Source of the DNA: Candidatus Krumholzibacteriia bacterium
GTDB lineage: Bacteria; Krumholzibacteriota; Krumholzibacteriia; LZORAL124-64-63
Direction: 5' to 3'
NCBI GenBank assembly: GCA_046484865.1
Contig: JAWOID010000100.1
Location: forward strand, 1 to 36,755
DNA length: 36,755 nucleotides
Shown here one piece after another: positions 36,155-36,755 of this stretch. The notes beneath the pieces are model-generated. The model was not told the DNA's origin and did no database searches. It saw only the letters and a list, made by a program, of their open reading frames with translations. A program made the translations under genes and the position numbers. Positions within the stretch are counted from its first letter, which is position 1; each line of letters starts with the position of its first letter.

Positions 36155-36733
36155 TCAGGCCCCGGGAACCGCCGTCTGGCCGCCTACGCGCCGCGCGTGG
36201 CGGCTCAGGAGGTCGTAGACGCCGGAATAGGCCGCCGGAATCACCACCAGGGTGATGAGCGTGGATACGGTGAGCCCCCCGACCACCGCGCGGGCCAGGG
36301 ATGCCTGGATCTCGCCGCCGGCGCCGGCGCCGATGGCCAGCGGCAGCATCCCCAGCACGGTCGTGGTCGTGGTCATCAGGATCGGCCGCAGGCGCAGCCG
36401 CCCCGATTCGATCACCGCCCGCCTCACGTCCATCGCCCGCTCGCGGCGCATCAGGTTGATGTAGTCCACCAGCACGATGGCGTTGTTCACCACGATGCCG
36501 ATCAGCATCACCACGCCCATCAGGCTCTGGACGTTCAGCGACGTGCCCGTCAACAGCAGCGTGGGCACCACACCCACCACCGCCAGCGGCACCGTGAGCA
36601 TGACGATCAGCGGGTCGAGGAAGCGTTCGAACTGGGCGGCCATCACCATGTAGATGAGGATCACGGCCATGACAGCACGATCACAGCGCTGGCCGAACGC
36701 TACCAGGAGGCGCTCCAGGCGCTCATTGCACAC
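36155..36733 (-). CDS. RND efflux permease (AcrB/AcrD/AcrF family), C-terminal part (5' truncated)
   Basis: 'LIYMVMAAQFE..DPLIVMLTVPLA', 'MLIGIVVNNAIVLVDY', 'RLRPILMTTTTTVLGMLPLA', 'AVVGGL..STLITLVVIP'. Confidence 0.93.
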   Translation of the reverse strand: MCNERLERLLVAFGQRCDRAVMAVILIYMVMAAQFERFLDPLIVMLTVPLAVVGVVPTLLLTGTSLNVQSLMGVVMLIGIVVNNAIVLVDYINLMRRERAMDVRRAVIESGRLRLRPILMTTTTTVLGMLPLAIGAGAGGEIQASLARAVVGGLTVSTLITLVVIPAAYSGVYDLLSRHARRVGGQTAVPGA

Positions 36734-36755
36734 TGTTTGTCTGTGGAAGGGAGTC

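Overview
GC-rich (roughly 70% by eye) bacterial window, probably a whole contig with noisy ends. Several secreted proteins carry T9SS/FlgD-like C-terminal domains, there is a PorV/PorQ-family barrel, and one protein ends in a 'TWxxVKxLYR' tail. These features suggest a non-Bacteroidota FCB candidate phylum such as Krumholzibacteriota, Latescibacterota or Eisenbacteria (inference only). Content in order: (1) a PUL-like cluster of TonB-dependent receptor (partial), a 1089-aa Ca-loop/FN3 protein with an atypical CTD, a PorV/PorQ-like barrel and a GH144-like glycosidase with CTD, followed by a secreted protein with the short TW..VK.LYR tail; (2) a gene graveyard with an IS110 remnant, then two accessory CTD-bearing surface proteins; (3) a dissimilatory-type sat-aprB-aprA operon with a near-consensus sigma70 promoter and no adjacent qmo/aprM/dsr genes; (4) DsbD-N lipoprotein plus redoxin, nfeD-slipin, a DUF2269-like protein, an atypical receiver, a small Cys protein, ppk1-sixA, a small membrane protein, a PAS-AAA-Fis regulator with a degenerate GAFTGA loop, MgtC/SapB, a putative outer-membrane protein plus a secreted metallophosphatase, and a beta-helix CTD protein; (5) a 6-bladed-propeller / lipoprotein / small secreted peptide cassette and the 3' end of an RND permease. 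No rRNA, tRNA or CRISPR array was seen. All family assignments come from motif recognition, not from database searches.
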